A DNA stretch of 64,000 bases from Camelus ferus (lineage: Eukaryota), in contig NC_045696.1 of assembly GCF_009834535.1 (NCBI RefSeq), positions 99,698,001 to 99,762,000 of the forward strand. The letters run 5' to 3'. The position numbers and the translations under genes were made by a program. Under the pieces are notes generated by a model. It was given only the letters and a program-made list of their open reading frames with translations, made no database searches and was not told the origin of the DNA. Below are positions 12,610 to 26,300 of the stretch, piece after piece; the first letter of the stretch is position 1; each line of letters begins with the position of its first letter.

Positions 12610-13075
12610 TCTGATGCTTTGAGGGCCCCCAATGAACCATATCCCCCTTTTATTCATGCCCTTGTACAGTTCACTCCCCTTTTTTTCTATACTGGTCCTG
12701 GGGCTGCTTTGACCAATAGAATGGGGAGGTAGTGTTGTTTTAGCATCTCCGGGTCCAAGATTTAAGAAAATGTCCCAAGTTCTGTTTCACTTTGGAGGAT
12801 ACCAATCACCATATGAGAAGTCAACTACCCTGAGACTGTCTTACTGTGATATGACCGACCTTGCCAGACGCAGGGGTAACATGAAGAAACAAGATCCCAG
12901 ATCAACAACTCTAGCTGAGCTCCCAGTTGAGAAAGAGCGCCAACTTGAAAGCCAAGTCAATGAGGCCATTTTGGAAGTAGATCCTCCAGTCCCAATTGAG
13001 CTTTCCCAGGTGACACCACATGGAGCAACAATAATCTGTCCCCACAAAGCCTCCTCAACGTGTAGAATTTATTTT
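12610..13075 (+). mobile_element. MLT1F/G-like MaLR LTR
   Basis: 'ttcatgcccttgt', 'ctgctttgaccaatagaatg', 'gagaagtcaactaccctgagac' and 'tgaggccattttggaagtagatcctccagtccca'. Confidence 0.75.
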
Positions 13076-13089
13076 CCCCTAAATATTTT

Positions 13090-14130
13090 CATTACAAAAT
13101 AAACAGTATATATTCACATATATTATCATACTCTTAAGAAATCAAACACCAAAATACATATGTAAAAATGGAAACTACTCATATGCTGGTCACACACAAC
13201 TACTTCTCTGCCAAAATTAATTTCTAGTGATACATGGATTGTTGTATATCCTTCCCAATGGTTTTATATATGTAAGCATTTATATAAATTCATATACACT
13301 TATGTTTACTTGTAACATAAGTCAAATTATATAAAAAGTACTATTTCTGTCTTCTTTATAATATTATATATATATATCATTTTTACACACCTATCAATAT
13401 AAATACATTTACCTTGTTTGATTTAACTGTTGTATTATTTTGTCTTATACTGTGTATTAAGTACGTGCCGGAATTTTAAAATGAGCATGAGTATTTTGGT
13501 TATTTTTAACTTTGGGGATCACCAATACTGTTCTAATTAACTTTTTGTATGAATATGCGTACATACACACAAGCACACACATACTTATGCAAATATTTCT
13601 GTATGATAGGTTTTTTCAAGTGGACCTCTTGAGTTAAGAAATGTTAATTTTTTAAAGTTCAATTAGACATTGTAAGATACTGTTCATAAGACAGTCAGTC
13701 ATGTGTAAGAGTCTTTAGCATCTCAATCCCTTACTACCACTAGATGCTATGATTCTTAAATTTATTTTTGCCAATATTATAAGCAAAAGTGACATCTCCC
13801 TGCCACTTCAGTTTGTATATTCCTGATATTTAATGAGTTATGCATTTTTTTGTATTTCATTGCCCATGTATATTTCCCTATTTGTTGCATGTCCATACTT
13901 GAATCTTGCCCAAATTTTAAATTGTGGTTGTAACTTTTCTATTAACTTTTAAGGGATTTTAGACAAATTATGTTTGGTAATTATTTGTCTCATATTTTTC
14001 AAGAATTTTCTCCAAATTTGTCCCTTTTTGTTGATGGTGTTATTTATCCTATTGCATTTAGAAGTTTTGTATAATCAGTGTTACTGTCATCTCTGCCCCA
14101 TTATATACATCATGGCAGTTGAAATGTACT
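13090..14130 (-). mobile_element. L1ME-like ancient LINE fragment
   Basis: 'atttttgccaat...gtgacatctc...cagtttgtatattcctgatatttaatgagtt' is a degenerate antisense ORF2 3' end. Confidence 0.6.
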
Positions 14131-14339
14131 TTCCAGGTTCAAGGTTATGGGGAAAAAACTCTACATCTTGATGGGGAGTGTCTAGGTTCTACAATAAAGT
14201 GTGGGGCCAGAAATATTACTCTGGACATTTTTTTTTTGAAAATGCAATCTGTCACAGGTTGCATTTCAAAAACTGCTTCTAATAAACAGGTAGGTAGATA
14301 GACAGACAGATAAAAAGATATAGATAGATATTGGAAGTT

Positions 14340-14455
14340 TAAAACAATAGTCCTTTGGAACTTTGAAGATACTGCTTTATTGCCTTCTCAGTTCAGTTTT
14401 GCTGAGGGAAAACCTGATACTACTTTGATTCTTTCTCCTTTGCAGATAGCCGAAG

Positions 14456-14497
<42 letters not shown>

Positions 14498-14800
14498 CTG
14501 CTTGCTTGTTTTTTCTTGCAGCATTGTTTTTTTTATGATTGCACCATTATCTTCTTTGTCCTGAAGTTTCATCAAATTAAGTCTACTTTGTTTTTTTTCT
14601 ATGTATCTCGATGGCACTTTGGATGTGAAGACATATCTCCCTTCCCTCTGAAGCATTTCACTCCTCTCATTTCCTGGTCTTGCCTTTTGAAATGCACACT
14701 CAGTGGACACTGGGACTTCTAAATCTATCAACGTGTCTTCATCCATCTCTTTGCGCTTTTGTTTTACATGTTGAGGTATATCTTCCATCTTCATATCAAA
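14340..14800 (-). mobile_element. HAL1 or old L1 ORF1-like fragment
   Basis: 'actttgaagatactgctttattgccttct...ttgctgagggaaaacctgatactactttgattctttctcctttgcagata'. Confidence 0.5.
14457..14492 (+). repeat. (TG)18 microsatellite
   Basis: Perfect dinucleotide run read directly. Confidence 0.97.
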
Positions 14801-15834
14801 ATTCTATTCTTTCAGAAAGCGTTCTGCATAAAAATGTGAAGCTGGAGGCTAACAAGTTTTTAGTAACCTCTGTAATCACCCAGGATGACCAACATCCTTA
14901 TCCCTTTGCTGACACAGTACATGCTCTGAAAGTGACCAGCTGCTGAATTGTAATTCAAAATCTTCCCCACTTTACTTTGTTGCAAATGTTCATATTTAGA
15001 CTTGGGTAAGTAAATATACATTTTTACTGTGTAAACACCATTCAAAATAATAAGTTCTATGAAGTTTGTAAATGAGGGAAACATTCTGTCCATCGTGGCT
15101 TTACTGCCTTAGCACAATCTTTCAGCTCACTAATTTTATCTTCTGCTTTGACAACTGAGTTACATTTTCCATAACTGAATTTTATATTTTGATGATCACT
15201 GCTTCTTCTTTCTTATCATAGCTCATTCTCTAATTTTTGCTCATGAATGTTGTTCATGAATATGGCTGTCCTTCCTCCCTAAAGGTTCCTGCTCCTATTT
15301 ACTTACATCACTGTCTTCTATTTCCCCTTTTAACTCTGTTCAATGGGAGCTATTTCTCATGCTTACTCATTTGGTCTCTGTCATGGTGTTGCTTTTTTCT
15401 CAAAAGTAGGAGATTTTAGATTAATTATTCCTATTTTCTGTTGAGGTTCTAATTTGAATAGGCATTTCTTCAGCCAAAAGAGAAGTGCTGTTTTGTCTTT
15501 TGAGAAGCTTTTTCTTGCTTATACTCTTTGTTGTGGTTTACTCAGGTCTGGTTTTCCTATTAACTCAATTCTATCTATTTCTTATCTTACAGAAATTTCT
15601 CTTAATTTCTAGCTTACTTAAGGTATATATATATATATGTAGATCATGAAAGAGAGATACTTTACTTATGATATATTTGCATTAGCATTATAATTCTTTA
15701 CAACTTCAAAAAATTAAATACATAATTTAATTTGGAAGAAAGGTAAATTTTTATGCAATATGCCATTTTGGCCCAGTTGCTATCTGTTTTTCTACCTGTT
15801 AGTAAAACCATTTAAAAAGTTTTATATCTTTTCA

Positions 15835-16455
15835 TTACACTAATATAATTCTGACATCCAGTTCTCATGGGTGTGTGTGTGTGCATGTGTGTGCGTGTGT
15901 GTGTGTTTTCTCTCACATCACTGAACAGTTCTAACACTAGCTGGGTGTCCTACAGTTCAAGTCAATTCTGACACTATCTACCTGGACATAGCATCAGATC
16001 CCACAGGTTCAGGGCTCAATCCCACAAGACTAGCCCCTTCCTTCAGATGCCAAATGCCAATCAAAAGTCCAGGTTGTCACTTGTGCTTCTGACCAACCAG
16101 CTATAAATTAGAGGTTCTAGTGACCCTCTCTTTGGGTTTGATCAATTTGCTAATAAAGGCAGCTCACAGAATTCCAGAACATTTTACTTACTAGATGATT
16201 GGTTTTTATAGTAAAAAGGGTATTACTCAGAAACAGCCAGTGGAAGAGACACGACCGGCAAGGTGTGGGCAAAGTGAGAAGAGCCTCCTTGCCCCTCTTA
16301 GACTACCACTCCCCACAAATCACCATGTGTTTACCAACCAGGATTTTAGGAGCTCTCTGCCAGGAATGGGGATGAAGACCACATATATATATTTTATGTA
16401 GTATATATACACATCTATTACATATAGCTATGTTATGATGAATTATAATATCACA
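15835..16455 (-). mobile_element. MER21-family LTR
   Basis: 'agctgggtgtcctacagttcaagtcaattctgacactatctacctggacatagcatcagatcccacaggtt' and the terminus 'gaagacc...aatatcaca' match the MER21 reverse complement. Includes a TG-rich run at ~15870-15906. Confidence 0.85.
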
Positions 16456-16884
16456 ACTAATAATTATTTTTTAAATGATACATCCATATTGATAATATAA
16501 TGATCTAAGGGTAGTATTCTTAAAATACTATTTGCCTCAGATGCTGATTTTTAATCCAGATACAATCATTTTTACAGTTGAAGGAATTAGATGTCATTTG
16601 ACATTTTATTGCTTGTACTTTCAATTTCTCCAGTATCATTTGCATTTGTAAAATATAGCTGTAATCTATGATAGATGTCCAGCCCTATTTCCCTTACATC
16701 AAATAATAAATGATAATGTGCATGTCAAATGAAATGACAAGACTGAAATTCTACTACAGTGTAAGGTCATATATATATATATATATGAAAAGTATCCTTA
16801 TTTCACCCTTTATTGTTGAATTTATATCTCTTTGAGGAAAAAGATCATTTTAAAATTTTTGTATGCATCTTCTATTTCACGGAT

Positions 16885-17300
16885 GAATTACTTAGAGTTC
16901 CTCAAGCAGCTAACACTTCCGTGTGTTTGATGCTTTTGCATAGAGTGGCCCGTCTGCTTAGAGTTCTCATACTCCTCTGCTGACTGACTCATACTCTTCT
17001 TCAAGACCCAGTTAAAGATATGCCTCCTCCTGGAATTGATCCCCTATAGTCCCACCTCCCCCAGCTGTGGGGAAGTTAGCTGCGCTGTATTCTTGCCAGA
17101 ACACACATTTATCACTTCATTTACTGCACTGCATTATGAGTCTCCCACCTGTGCCTGGGAGCACCTTGAAGCATACATCTTTGTATCTCCGATGCCTAGT
17201 TTGTGCCCATACCTCAAAAACACCCAACTATCTTCTGACTTAAGTAACATGCTCCTTGAGAACAGGGATCCTGGCTCTTTTGTCTTTGTTTTCCTGGCAT
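16885..17300 (+). mobile_element. L2 3' fragments
   Basis: 'actcatactcttcttcaagacccagttaaa...cctcctcctggaa' and 'gctccttgagaacaggga...tctttgtctttgttttcc'. Confidence 0.6.
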
Positions 17301-17317
17301 AATAGCAATCACTGCAA

Positions 17318-17700
17318 TGTTTGTGCCATCACGCTTCTAAGTAATAACTATATATTTTTCTTCTTCTACTCATTGTAACAAACCTGTGAGATGGGCAATA
17401 TTATTCCATACATTTTAAAGAGAAAGAAAATGAAGGGGGGAGGGTACTCAGTGGTAGAGCACATGCTTAGCATGCATGAGGTCCTGGGTTTGATCCCAAG
17501 CACTACCATTAAAATAAAGAGATAAATAAATGAACCTAATTACCTCCCCACCAAAACAAGCCAAAACAAAACAAAAAGACAGAAAGAAAATGAAGGCACA
17601 GAGAGATTAAGCAAACTCTCCAAAGTCACACAGCTAGTGTCAGGACCAATATTCAAGCCCAAGGAGTTCAGTTCAAGAGTGCACACACTTAACATTATGC
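17318..17700 (-). mobile_element. MIR interrupted by a SINE
   Basis: 'aacctgtgagatgggcaatattattcc...catttta' resumes as 'aggcacagagagattaagcaaactctccaaagtcacacagctagt' after the SINE. Confidence 0.8.
17437..17580 (+). mobile_element. tRNA-Ala-derived SINE (camelid Vic-1-like)
   Basis: Box A 'ctcagtggtagagc', anticodon-like 'cttagcatg', box B 'gggtttgatccc', tail 'ataaatgaacctaattacctcccc'. Perfect 16-bp TSD agaaagaaaatgaagg at 17421-17436 and 17581-17596. Confidence 0.93.
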
Positions 17701-18953
17701 TTAAGTACAAGCTTAATAACACTGATTTGATGAATATGCATCAGAAAAGCGTAAAACATACTGGGAATTCTCAAATAGATTTCATAGTTTCTGAGGAACA
17801 TTTATTACAAAAAGTTGTCTCTATAAACTTCCACAGGATAAAGCCACATAATTTCTTCAAAGTTCTGCAGCAATTTTCCTATGGCATATATTAACCCATA
17901 AACAGTTTTAAATAGTTTTAAATTTAAGAAAGAATTTGCAACATGTGCTGCTTTCTGGGAATAAATTTTACCATATCACCATCTTTATAAATCAATGTAA
18001 ATAATCAAACGCTGGACACACAGTATCTCAATATAAAGAAATCCAGCTTATATACTTGCAAATGCTTTCTTATATTTCAGGGTAAGATTTGCTTATTCTT
18101 TGAATATATAGGTATAAATAACAAAATAGAGATTAAAATTCAAGGACCAACAAATTTTGTACTGGACTGAACAAAATCCTTTTGTTTTTAACCCTGTATA
18201 TAAGTGCAAAATATCTAAATTTTTTAAATTGATTTTTTCTAAACTCCATATCTATAAATATTTGAGATTCATTTTTATAAATGTTTTCAACCATGTCTTG
18301 TCTGAGAACAGCAAATGTAAAAAAACATGTACATGTCGTTTTTATTCTGACATTCTATAGAAATAAACTTTAAAATATTGCCAATTTAAATAAATGTTAA
18401 TTCCGTTTCCTTGCATCAGAAATAAACTGATTAACTCAATAAACCAAGACCTGCAAGAATCACACCCTGCAACACACTCACGCACTAAGTTAAATAAACG
18501 CTTTTCTGCCTGCTGAGGTATTTCATTCCAGCCTTCCTAACTCCCTGTGCATGGAAGTAATAATACTATACATCCCAAGGTTTATTTCACTTCCTTTTTT
18601 CTCTTCTCAAGCATTGTCGTAAAAATAAATGAATATTGTTCCACTGTGCATGCTTTTTACACTCCTCATGATGAGAATGGATTCATGATAACCCATTTAT
18701 TTTCTTTTCTTCTAACAATCTTTGCGGCAAGAATGAGATGCCTGAATTTTAATGCTTAATATGATCTTTGGAAGACTATAAACTTTTAATAGACTTTAAA
18801 CATAAAGCGAGGGAGAGGATAAATAGCAGGGAAGTCTGTGGTTTGTTCCAGGAAATCCTGATTAATAGCCTCCTGATTGTGTCAGACCACCCTGAATATT
18901 TTCTGAAAACAATTGGTTCATTTTATGGCCAAATAAATCATAATTGAACTTAC

Positions 18954-18975
18954 CAACTTCTAACCAAATACAAAT
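18954..18975 (-). other. Candidate 22-nt microexon
   Basis: Minus strand reads ttcttctgtcctttcctcttcatttag|ATTTGTATTTGGTTAGAAGTTG|gtaagt. Splice signals are the only support. Confidence 0.3.
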
Positions 18976-19599
18976 CTAAATGAAGAGGAAAGGACAGAAG
19001 AACACACGTTTCTTTATGTGAGGGAGCTTCTAGGACATGACTCATTTTATTTGCTCTCTGCACTATTTATCCTTGCTAATTTCATGTGCTACTCACAACA
19101 AGTTTATAGACGACAAAGGTTTTCTTTTTAGACTTGCCCTCTCTGGGAATCGTTCTTAGGTAACTATAAATTAACACAAAGTCAGAAATATTCAACATTG
19201 TTTTTAAAATCTCAAGGGTAAAATATTGGCAAATTTCAGTGGTATGCAAGCACAGAATTTAAAGTCTCCTTGGAAGGAAAAATCGCTTCTGTAATGTCAC
19301 CTTTAGCGGTGTTTGTTATGTGGTTCGAAATTTTGTTCTGGGTGTAAAACTTTAAAAAAATAAATTTCAAGCATGATGATGTTTACAGCTTTTTAAATAA
19401 GTCAGTCTTTCAGGGACTGAAATGCAACTGTGCTTTATAATTAGGAAAAAAAATGATAACGTGCAAAAGGTTCAAATCACATATATTTGTTAATTTCCTT
19501 TTACTGACTTCTTTTTAAAATATGAAATGAATTTCTTTATTACATAAAAGAAATGATGCAATCTCTTGGAGTGCTAATATACTGTAAATGATTCTTCCA

Positions 19600-20360
19600 A
19601 AATTGCATCTCCCTTTAAATGGATTGCAGAAGAAAAGAAAACAGTTAAAAAAAATTAGTTGGTATTGCTACAATATACACAACCCCCTGAGCTTTGCCTT
19701 TTAAATCAGCATTCTGCTGTTAAATAATAAAAGAAAAGTCTCATTATTTTCCCAGCTTCACTTTGCTTAAAGTGATTGATGTAGAATTTTACTGCCATCC
19801 AATGGCAGCCGCCTAATATAGCTCAAGTAAATGTCGAAAGCTTTTTGATCAAATTGCAGTCTAGGGAATTTAACTTATGTAGTACACTCAGAACTTACAT
19901 CAATATATCTCGGTTTGTTACACAGTGAGAAAGAAATATGACTACGGTTTCAATTTATTGTGCGTTCTCCAAATTCAATTTAACAGTGAATTACTAATAT
20001 TGCTGAACATAATTACCTAAATGAATAAATCAACCTAGGCTACTCACTAGAGAGAACATTACAGCATAATATTAATTTTTACATGCACCTCATCATATTA
20101 GTTTAAAAGGTTTCTTTTTACATTTAACAATCTTTTCCTACCAGGCAAAATGGCCTTTATTAAAAGACTATTCTCAGCTTTACTTCTGTTATTTGGAAGT
20201 CATTTGAATCTTTTTAGCTGCTACTGTACATCATACAATTTCTGATTAACATTAAATTGCATACTGTTTTAATTATAATCTCCATTCCTAAATGATTGAG
20301 TATTTAGATCATTTCTTAAAAAGGCAAAATAAAAATTATGCCTGATTGATATGAATGAGC
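19600..20360. promoter_or_regulatory. Candidate conserved non-coding element / enhancer
   Basis: No recognisable repeat, five CpGs retained in ~19810-19965, TGATTGAT at 19773 and 20343, palindrome ctgccat-cca-atggcag, and many TAAT cores. Confidence 0.4.
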
Positions 20361-23300
20361 TTGTGCTTTAAAACATTCAAGCTTAGTTATTTAAAATTCC
20401 CAATTTGAGGTAGAAGAGTTGATGGGTAATAAACCAATTTTATTTTTCATTACCATTAACTAAAATATAATGTGTCTGATATTAATAGGTAAATTGCTAT
20501 TACAAAGTGATATTTGAATAAGACTTTATAAAAATATATTTAATAATTTATTTATTTATGAATAATTCTTTGCTAAATATAAAAAGTTTAGTTCAGTAAT
20601 TGTTTTGAATATAAGGCAAATTCAGATAAATGTCTGGCCTATAATTTAAAAGGTCTTGTCAATATTTTTATTCAACTGAATGTTTTAAGCTTGTGTATGT
20701 GTATAAAAACAGCCCCAGGCTTTAAATATGTTTTGGTATTCTTGAACATCTGAGACTAATAATTTAATGGAACTGAAACACAGTAACATATTTATTTTAA
20801 CTGATTTTGCTTTAGAACATTTAATTCCAACTTGTCTTTCAGTTAAAACTTCATAATGTTATTGTTTCTCTAAAAGATTTCCAAATTAAGTCCAAAACAT
20901 TTTTTAGAAAAATCCAGGCAGACTTCACACTGAGAAAGATTCTGTAAGGAGCCTAAAACAATTTCGGGAATTTGGGATGGAAATAGATAAACTGACGAGC
21001 ATTATCTGATATCAGCTGAAATCTGAAGACTCAGTGTTTACAGAATAAAGAAAGGGTGCCTTTGTGTGTGCTGGGAACCATAACATTATAACATCTATTT
21101 GTACATATATCACAAAATCACAAATCTAAAGAAAATATGATGACTTTGAAAGATATCAAAATTAAATTGGACATTTAATCCTAGAAATATCAAGCTAGTG
21201 AATACTGAAAAAAAATTATTTTTCAAATTTTCCATTTCTCTGTAGTACATTTGATTTTTGTTTTACAAATTTAGTATTTATACCACCATGTAAATTCTCC
21301 TTTCTAACCTGATGTTTTTGGTGTGGCAGCTGAAAATCTCAGTTTTAATGAGGTCCATAAAGGAAATCTAAAGTTCACTCTACCTCAGCTATGTTCTTTA
21401 CAAGATTTGAAACTAAACCTTAAAGATAATATAGTCAATAGAAAAACCAGCTGCTTAGTGTACTCAGGCATTTTTAAGTCTGAATAAATTTAAACTAATT
21501 CTCATCAGAAGTTCCCTTTACCTGTACTATATTTTGTATGCATAATTCATATACTATATATACATATATACAAATAAATTTCTATACTATAAAATGTTAC
21601 CTTCAGAAATTTTTATATTTGACCTATCATTTATTAAATTTTTGAAATTTGTGAATGATGTTCTAAAGGCATGAATTATAGTTTCATTTAATTCATATAC
21701 TCCACAAATTCTCTTTATAACTGGAGGGTATCTTGCTTTGCCACCAATCACCCTGTCTAATAAGCACAAGTTAGCAATTTTCTCCACCTGCATGTGTGTT
21801 CAAGCAATTACACCGAAGTATAAACAGCCATCTGCAGTTTTCCTACTTAAAACTCATTCGTGAATCAGAACATTTCCAATGATATGATTTCTATATCTAT
21901 TCCTATCATTTTCTCATCCAATGCAAGAAAGTGAGACAAGTTAACCTCCTTACTCTGTAAAAAAAAAAAAAAATACGGAGAGTTCTGAAATGTTTAGATT
22001 ACTCGAAACATGTTGTTCTATAATGATTTGAATTTCCTTTTCATTAGCAAGAATACAAAGGACTATTTAAATATTATTTACAATGTATTCATTCACTATC
22101 ACTTGGGAAAATATCTGCTTTGGTTTTAACCTAAGATAATAAGAGATTCAAGAATTAACTCACACCTATATTTTTGTTTAATGTGATAAAGGGATTGGTA
22201 TGAGAATTGGTATAGAAAACTATTTTATGAACTCGTGATCTCTTTAACTATCAGTGGTACTGACTACTGTATTAGTTCTCTAACTTTAGGAAACATATTT
22301 TAATGTGAAATAGTATGCCAATACATAAACATTTTCTTGTGTACTAATTTTTATGCCCATAATTGTCAAACACATTTATGGTGCCTTTTTCAGATGTAGA
22401 GAGTGAAGTAGGAAAATAAAATAATGCATACATGCCAAGAGACAGGAATGGGTAAACTTCTAAGCTGTACATCTTGGATGATATAAATGTTCCGAGATAT
22501 ATTCAGATGTTTACTTCTTCATCCAACAAGTACCTTGCTGCCAAACCTGCTGCAAACCTCTCATACTTGCATTACATTTAAAAACATTTAGACCAAAACC
22601 TGTTTATACTAAGACTGTGATTAGTTACAATATTCTGTTTGCTCCCTTCCTTGAAAATAAAAATCTTACACCATGGGTAACACAGTTCCTATGCCATGAC
22701 ACAGAAGTTCCCACAGCTTTCCAATTTCATCAGAAATGGAAAAGCCCATTATGTTTCTGCGAGACAGCATTGCTGAAGGCTTCTGCCAGGTATCTCATAA
22801 AATGATAGCTATTTTGAGTTAAGCATGCTAATATCAGATCCTATCAAACCAAAGAATTTCAGAAGCACAGGCCTTGGTCTTTCTTCCTCCAAAGACAGCA
22901 TCAAAATCTGATCAAGATAAAAGCAAAAACTTCTGATGAATATACACTACATGATTAAAACCCTAAGACCCTACGGTTTAAACCTTGAAGACATTTTAAT
23001 TATCTATTTAACATCTTGCTACTTCTGGAATTCTGACTGAGAATGTTTCTGACATAGTATTTCATGGAATGTCCTTTTCTCATACTGAGCCGCTTTTATA
23101 CTCCAGATGTAAACACAAAAGCTTGCCTTTCATCTTTTTAAACTCCATCACATAAAAGGAAAGGTAAAAACCAAGACCACTTTTTCGCTGAGCCTCTTAT
23201 ATATAATATAGATTATAAAACTAATAACTTTTCTCAAATCTAGAAGTCTAGTTATTTTCTTTAAATTTTTACACACTACTGAAGAGTATATTTAAAATTC

Positions 23301-26300
23301 TTTCATTGTCAGGTTCTAATTTTATTCTTTGAGAGGGAAGAGACAGATGTGTTAGATTTGATGTGTCCTTAGATGTTTGCCTCCTTTGCAGGAATTAAGT
23401 CATTACTCAGAATTTCCATTAATTTTTAATCTGACCAAAGTAAACAGAGTATAATGAAAATTCTCTAAAATTTGTAAGTAGTATTTGCTAAATAAATTTT
23501 CACTTAAAGTTTGCTCAACTAAACTAAGTTCCATAAAAACCTCAGAAGAAAATTGGAAGTGCCATGAATTAAGGGTATTAGTATCATATTCTCAGATACT
23601 CAAAAAGTAATATTGATTTTTTACAAGGATAAAAGAAAAAAATAAATATAAACCTTATGATATTGCTACAGTCCGTGATTTTCTGTTATTTTTTTTTTTG
23701 TCATCTTAAAATTTTCTTGCCAGAAGGTTTAGTTGTATGTCTTTCTGTATCTCTGTATATGTCTGAAGGTTTAATTGTGTGATTCTGTCATTGCATATGC
23801 ATTTTGCCTTTGCAGAGATGAACAGCATGCCATGATACATTTTATATTGGCATATATATCCCAGAACATAATGGTCATGAACCTGTAACTTCTTGAATTT
23901 GGTTTGAAAAAATGAGTAAAGTTCAACAGTATTTGTTTCTAAAATATGCTTAATTTATAATGTTTTTTTGGGGAAAAAAACATGTTCTCATTTGAGTTTA
24001 TTGACCTTATGGCCCTGATGGTTACTCATAGGAGACAGATTTCATCTTAGAAGGGGGTATTTGCTAACTAGGATTGAAAGCATCATGGTGGTGGCATGCT
24101 CCCAGATTACCACTTGAGAGCCATTGCTGGCTGATCAACAGAGCAGCTTTGATTGCAATTTCACAAAGCCAGGTTCCTGCTGTCCTGGCTATGAGGTTTG
24201 TATTCTTTTGTTTGTAGCAAGAAGGGAGGTTAGGCTTGATTTTCTACTTACTTCTAAACCTTAAAGCTTAATTTTGGCCTAAGAAGAGAATTTCTTAAAA
24301 TGAAGTGTTTCACTTCACTTCATGAAAGTGGACAATAAGAAACAGCCCTTGCTGTTTTCTTGTTCATAGTCCATCTACCAGCAGTTGGATGACTAGATTG
24401 AACCCCCTTTTTAATTTCAGAATGGCTCCTGAACCAAACAAGAAAATCAAGGTCCAGAGGCCTGAAAACAGAGACACAACTTTCACGCCAAAAAAGCAAC
24501 ACTGAAATAGAAAAACGCAAGGGCAACGAGGTGTCCATCAAAACAGTTTCAAGCTCCTTTGCCCAAGAGTCAAGACCTTTTTGCAGTTGATTGTTCCCTT
24601 TTTAGGATTCTGCTTATGTCCCACTTCATCTGTGATCCTCTCATCTTTCCCTTATATAACCTTCCTTCCTCTGGCATTAATAAAATCATATAGAGGAATA
24701 TAAAATATTGACTAGGTTGTGAAAGAATATACTCTGTTGTAAAGTAACGTAGAAAATTATGAAAGATAGGTGAAAAACATATGGCTAATTTAGACTTTAA
24801 AGAACCATGAAAAGTTTGCTTTGATATGATGCCCATATTTCATACTTTGATGTGGCTTGTTTTTCAAAATGGATTACATAGTTGATGTCAGAGATTCTCA
24901 TTTTCATATATTTTGCATCAACATGTTGATCTCCATATTCCAAATGTGCAGCATATGTTCAATAAACTCTTCTGGAACAGAATAATGAGTAACACTAACT
25001 GTAGTATTTAGTAAACTAACAATATGTAGTGTGATACACATCATTCTCACAAATCGTTATTACTAAAATGTTAATGAGTGCTATTTATTCCAATAATTCA
25101 TTGCAAACTCAGTCTCATTCACCTCATACAATCATTAGTTCAATGACAAAATTATTAAGAGAGTAGCATATATATTTTTGCTACTAAATATAAGTTACAG
25201 AAAGTGTGGATTCTGCCCAAATTTGTCTTTGTGAGAGACTTAGGAGCAAAAGCATTTCTTATGCACAGTGTAAGGTTATGTGAAAACATGCCCAACTCAA
25301 CCCTGGAGAAAGAATACATAAGCATATATACAAATACAGAAGACAGAAGATGGCCCACTAGAGATTATTTACTATTTCAACTTGGTCACCTCCATCCCTG
25401 CAGGAGTGTAGGGCAGGCCAGGTTCTCCCGGGCTGCTGGGGAGATCGTTTTTATGTCTAGGTCCGTTCATTTTTCAGATTTATCAGTTTCTAGAGTCACT
25501 TATGAGTGAGTGATTGTGTTTTATCTGGAGTGGTCAGTCTGGGACATCTGCCTCTTAAGTGCGTCCAGAATCATCAGAATGTTTAAGTGTCAGTATATCT
25601 GGAGTAGACACTGTGTCCAGACTGTAGGCCCTTCCTGTTGGGAGTGACCTACACAGTCTGCTGTCGGGTCAGCCCATTAAGGCTGGTGGACATGTGTTGT
25701 CCATTTCATTTATACACAGTGCTTGGTGGAGTAAAGATGCTTTAAATGACAGCCAGATATAACAAACTTCTCAGGAATGTTTCCTTAAATTTTCAGCTGA
25801 GCATCGTTTTATATGACCATTGTATTCCCGTAAGAACATCATGACCAGCTGAACACTGGGAAACAACTGCTTCATATAACAAGGGTAATTAAAGCATATT
25901 GTCTATTCAGTAGTTTTGCAAAGGCCACCGGATATTTGCAGTGTAAAAGTTTATCACAGAGAGTGGGTCTATACCTGTCTATACACTATGGAAAGGTCTG
26001 CTGTAATAAGAACAACAGTACTAACAACAATTGATCGAGTACTCACTAGAAATCAGATGTCAAAGGCCGACTCAGAGGCAAAAGTATTTAGGGAAAAAAG
26101 GAAGTTCGCTTGTAGAAAAGTTTTCATCTGAGTACAGATCTTAGTGAAACTAGTTAAATTTTAAAAAACAGAGAATCAGCTAGGCATGTATCAAACTCAT
26201 AATGAGTGTTCACGGTGGAAAATCAGTAACTTTCTTATATGATTATCATATTAACAAAAACTGTCACGTATATGCAGCATCGCATTACAAAGATCACAAT

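Noticed and set aside
14420..14794. 124-aa ORF with a THTHTH run
   Set aside because: Derived from a (TG)18 repeat plus a decayed old L1/HAL1 fragment.
17437..17510. tRNA-Ala-like gene
   Set aside because: It has a SINE tail, a TSD and a damaged 5' stem, so it is a SINE and not a tRNA. The same applies to 63470-63594.
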